From Candidatus Doudnabacteria bacterium RIFCSPHIGHO2_01_FULL_45_18 (GTDB taxonomy: Bacteria > Patescibacteriota > Doudnabacteria > UBA920 > O2-02-FULL-48-8): a stretch of DNA of 34,469 nucleotides. The position numbers were made by a program, and so were the translations under genes. The DNA is taken from NCBI GenBank assembly GCA_001779915.1, contig MFEJ01000019.1, positions 1-34,469 of the forward strand. The letters are read 5' to 3'. Of this stretch, positions 34,323-34,469 are shown piece by piece. Position 1 is the first letter of the stretch. Each line of letters opens with the position of its first letter. The notes below the pieces were generated by a model, which saw only the letters and a list, made by a program, of their open reading frames with translations, did no database searches and had not been told where the DNA came from.

Positions 34323-34469
34323 CTAACAAAAAACCGTATATTTCAAAAGTGCTAATAGTGACTCCACTTGCCCTTGGAAATTCATGTGTTTGCCTTGTTG
34401 ACGCGAGCGTGGGCTGTAGGAAACTTGAACCTCAAGAATTTTATAACCAAGTTTGGAAACTTTCGCTGT
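34323..34469 (-). CDS. C-terminal 48 aa of a GT2-type glycosyltransferase, truncated by the window edge
   Basis: The minus frame reads TAKVSKLGYKILEVQVSYSPRSRQQGKHMNFQGQVESLLALLKYTVFC*. The GYKI.EV.VSY..R..GK pattern is typical of GT2 C-termini. It is absent from the ORF track because it is short. Confidence 0.55.
   Translation of the reverse strand, partial: TAKVSKLGYKILEVQVSYSPRSRQQGKHMNFQGQVESLLALLKYTVFC

Overview
The window is a compact, mostly housekeeping stretch of a low-GC bacterial genome. Genes are short and tightly packed, often with overlapping stop/start codons. Content and style suggest a small-genome lineage such as Patescibacteria/CPR, but that is inference only because no search was run. 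Left to right: gyrB (5' truncated), a GC-rich secreted coiled-coil gene, and secE-nusG-rplK-rplA. Next comes a roughly 1.5 kb GC-richer island where rplJ/rplL would be expected. It holds an orphan 177-aa gene, a promoter-to-terminator structured RNA, and a signal-less NlpC/P60 hydrolase. A long same-strand run follows: dcd, an AbrB-like ORF, tmk, a CYTH protein, thyA, folA, an HD 5'-nucleotidase, prfB (classical +1 frameshift), ftsEX, rplI and pyrG. The remainder carries rpmA, an RNA-methylase-like gene, a cysteine desulfurase, a C39-like peptidase, a frameshifted homing-endonuclease-repeat gene, an M23 peptidase, gltX, a TagA-like transferase, thpR, def-fmt, a PQQ-type sugar dehydrogenase, an MBL hydrolase, murI, PCD, DUF1761, a SIMPL protein, a GT-C membrane glycosyltransferase, a DEAD-box helicase, tRNA-Gln(CUG) and a partial GT2 gene. 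There is no rRNA, CRISPR array or transposase. The strongest non-obvious signals are these. (1) A ~145-nt MITE-like element occurs in two copies with 20-bp imperfect terminal inverted repeats and different 4-bp target-site duplications; it sits 10 nt upstream of secE and exactly on the ftsE start codon. (2) The island RNA has a promoter, tandem octamers, a C-rich/G-rich hairpin overlapping a G-quadruplex motif, and a terminator flush against the NlpC/P60 RBS. (3) A perfect 14-bp tandem duplication frameshifts one gene. (4) A homopolymer frameshift interrupts a small Cys-rich ORF. All coordinates and motifs were read by eye. Family assignments rest on remembered motifs, not database hits.
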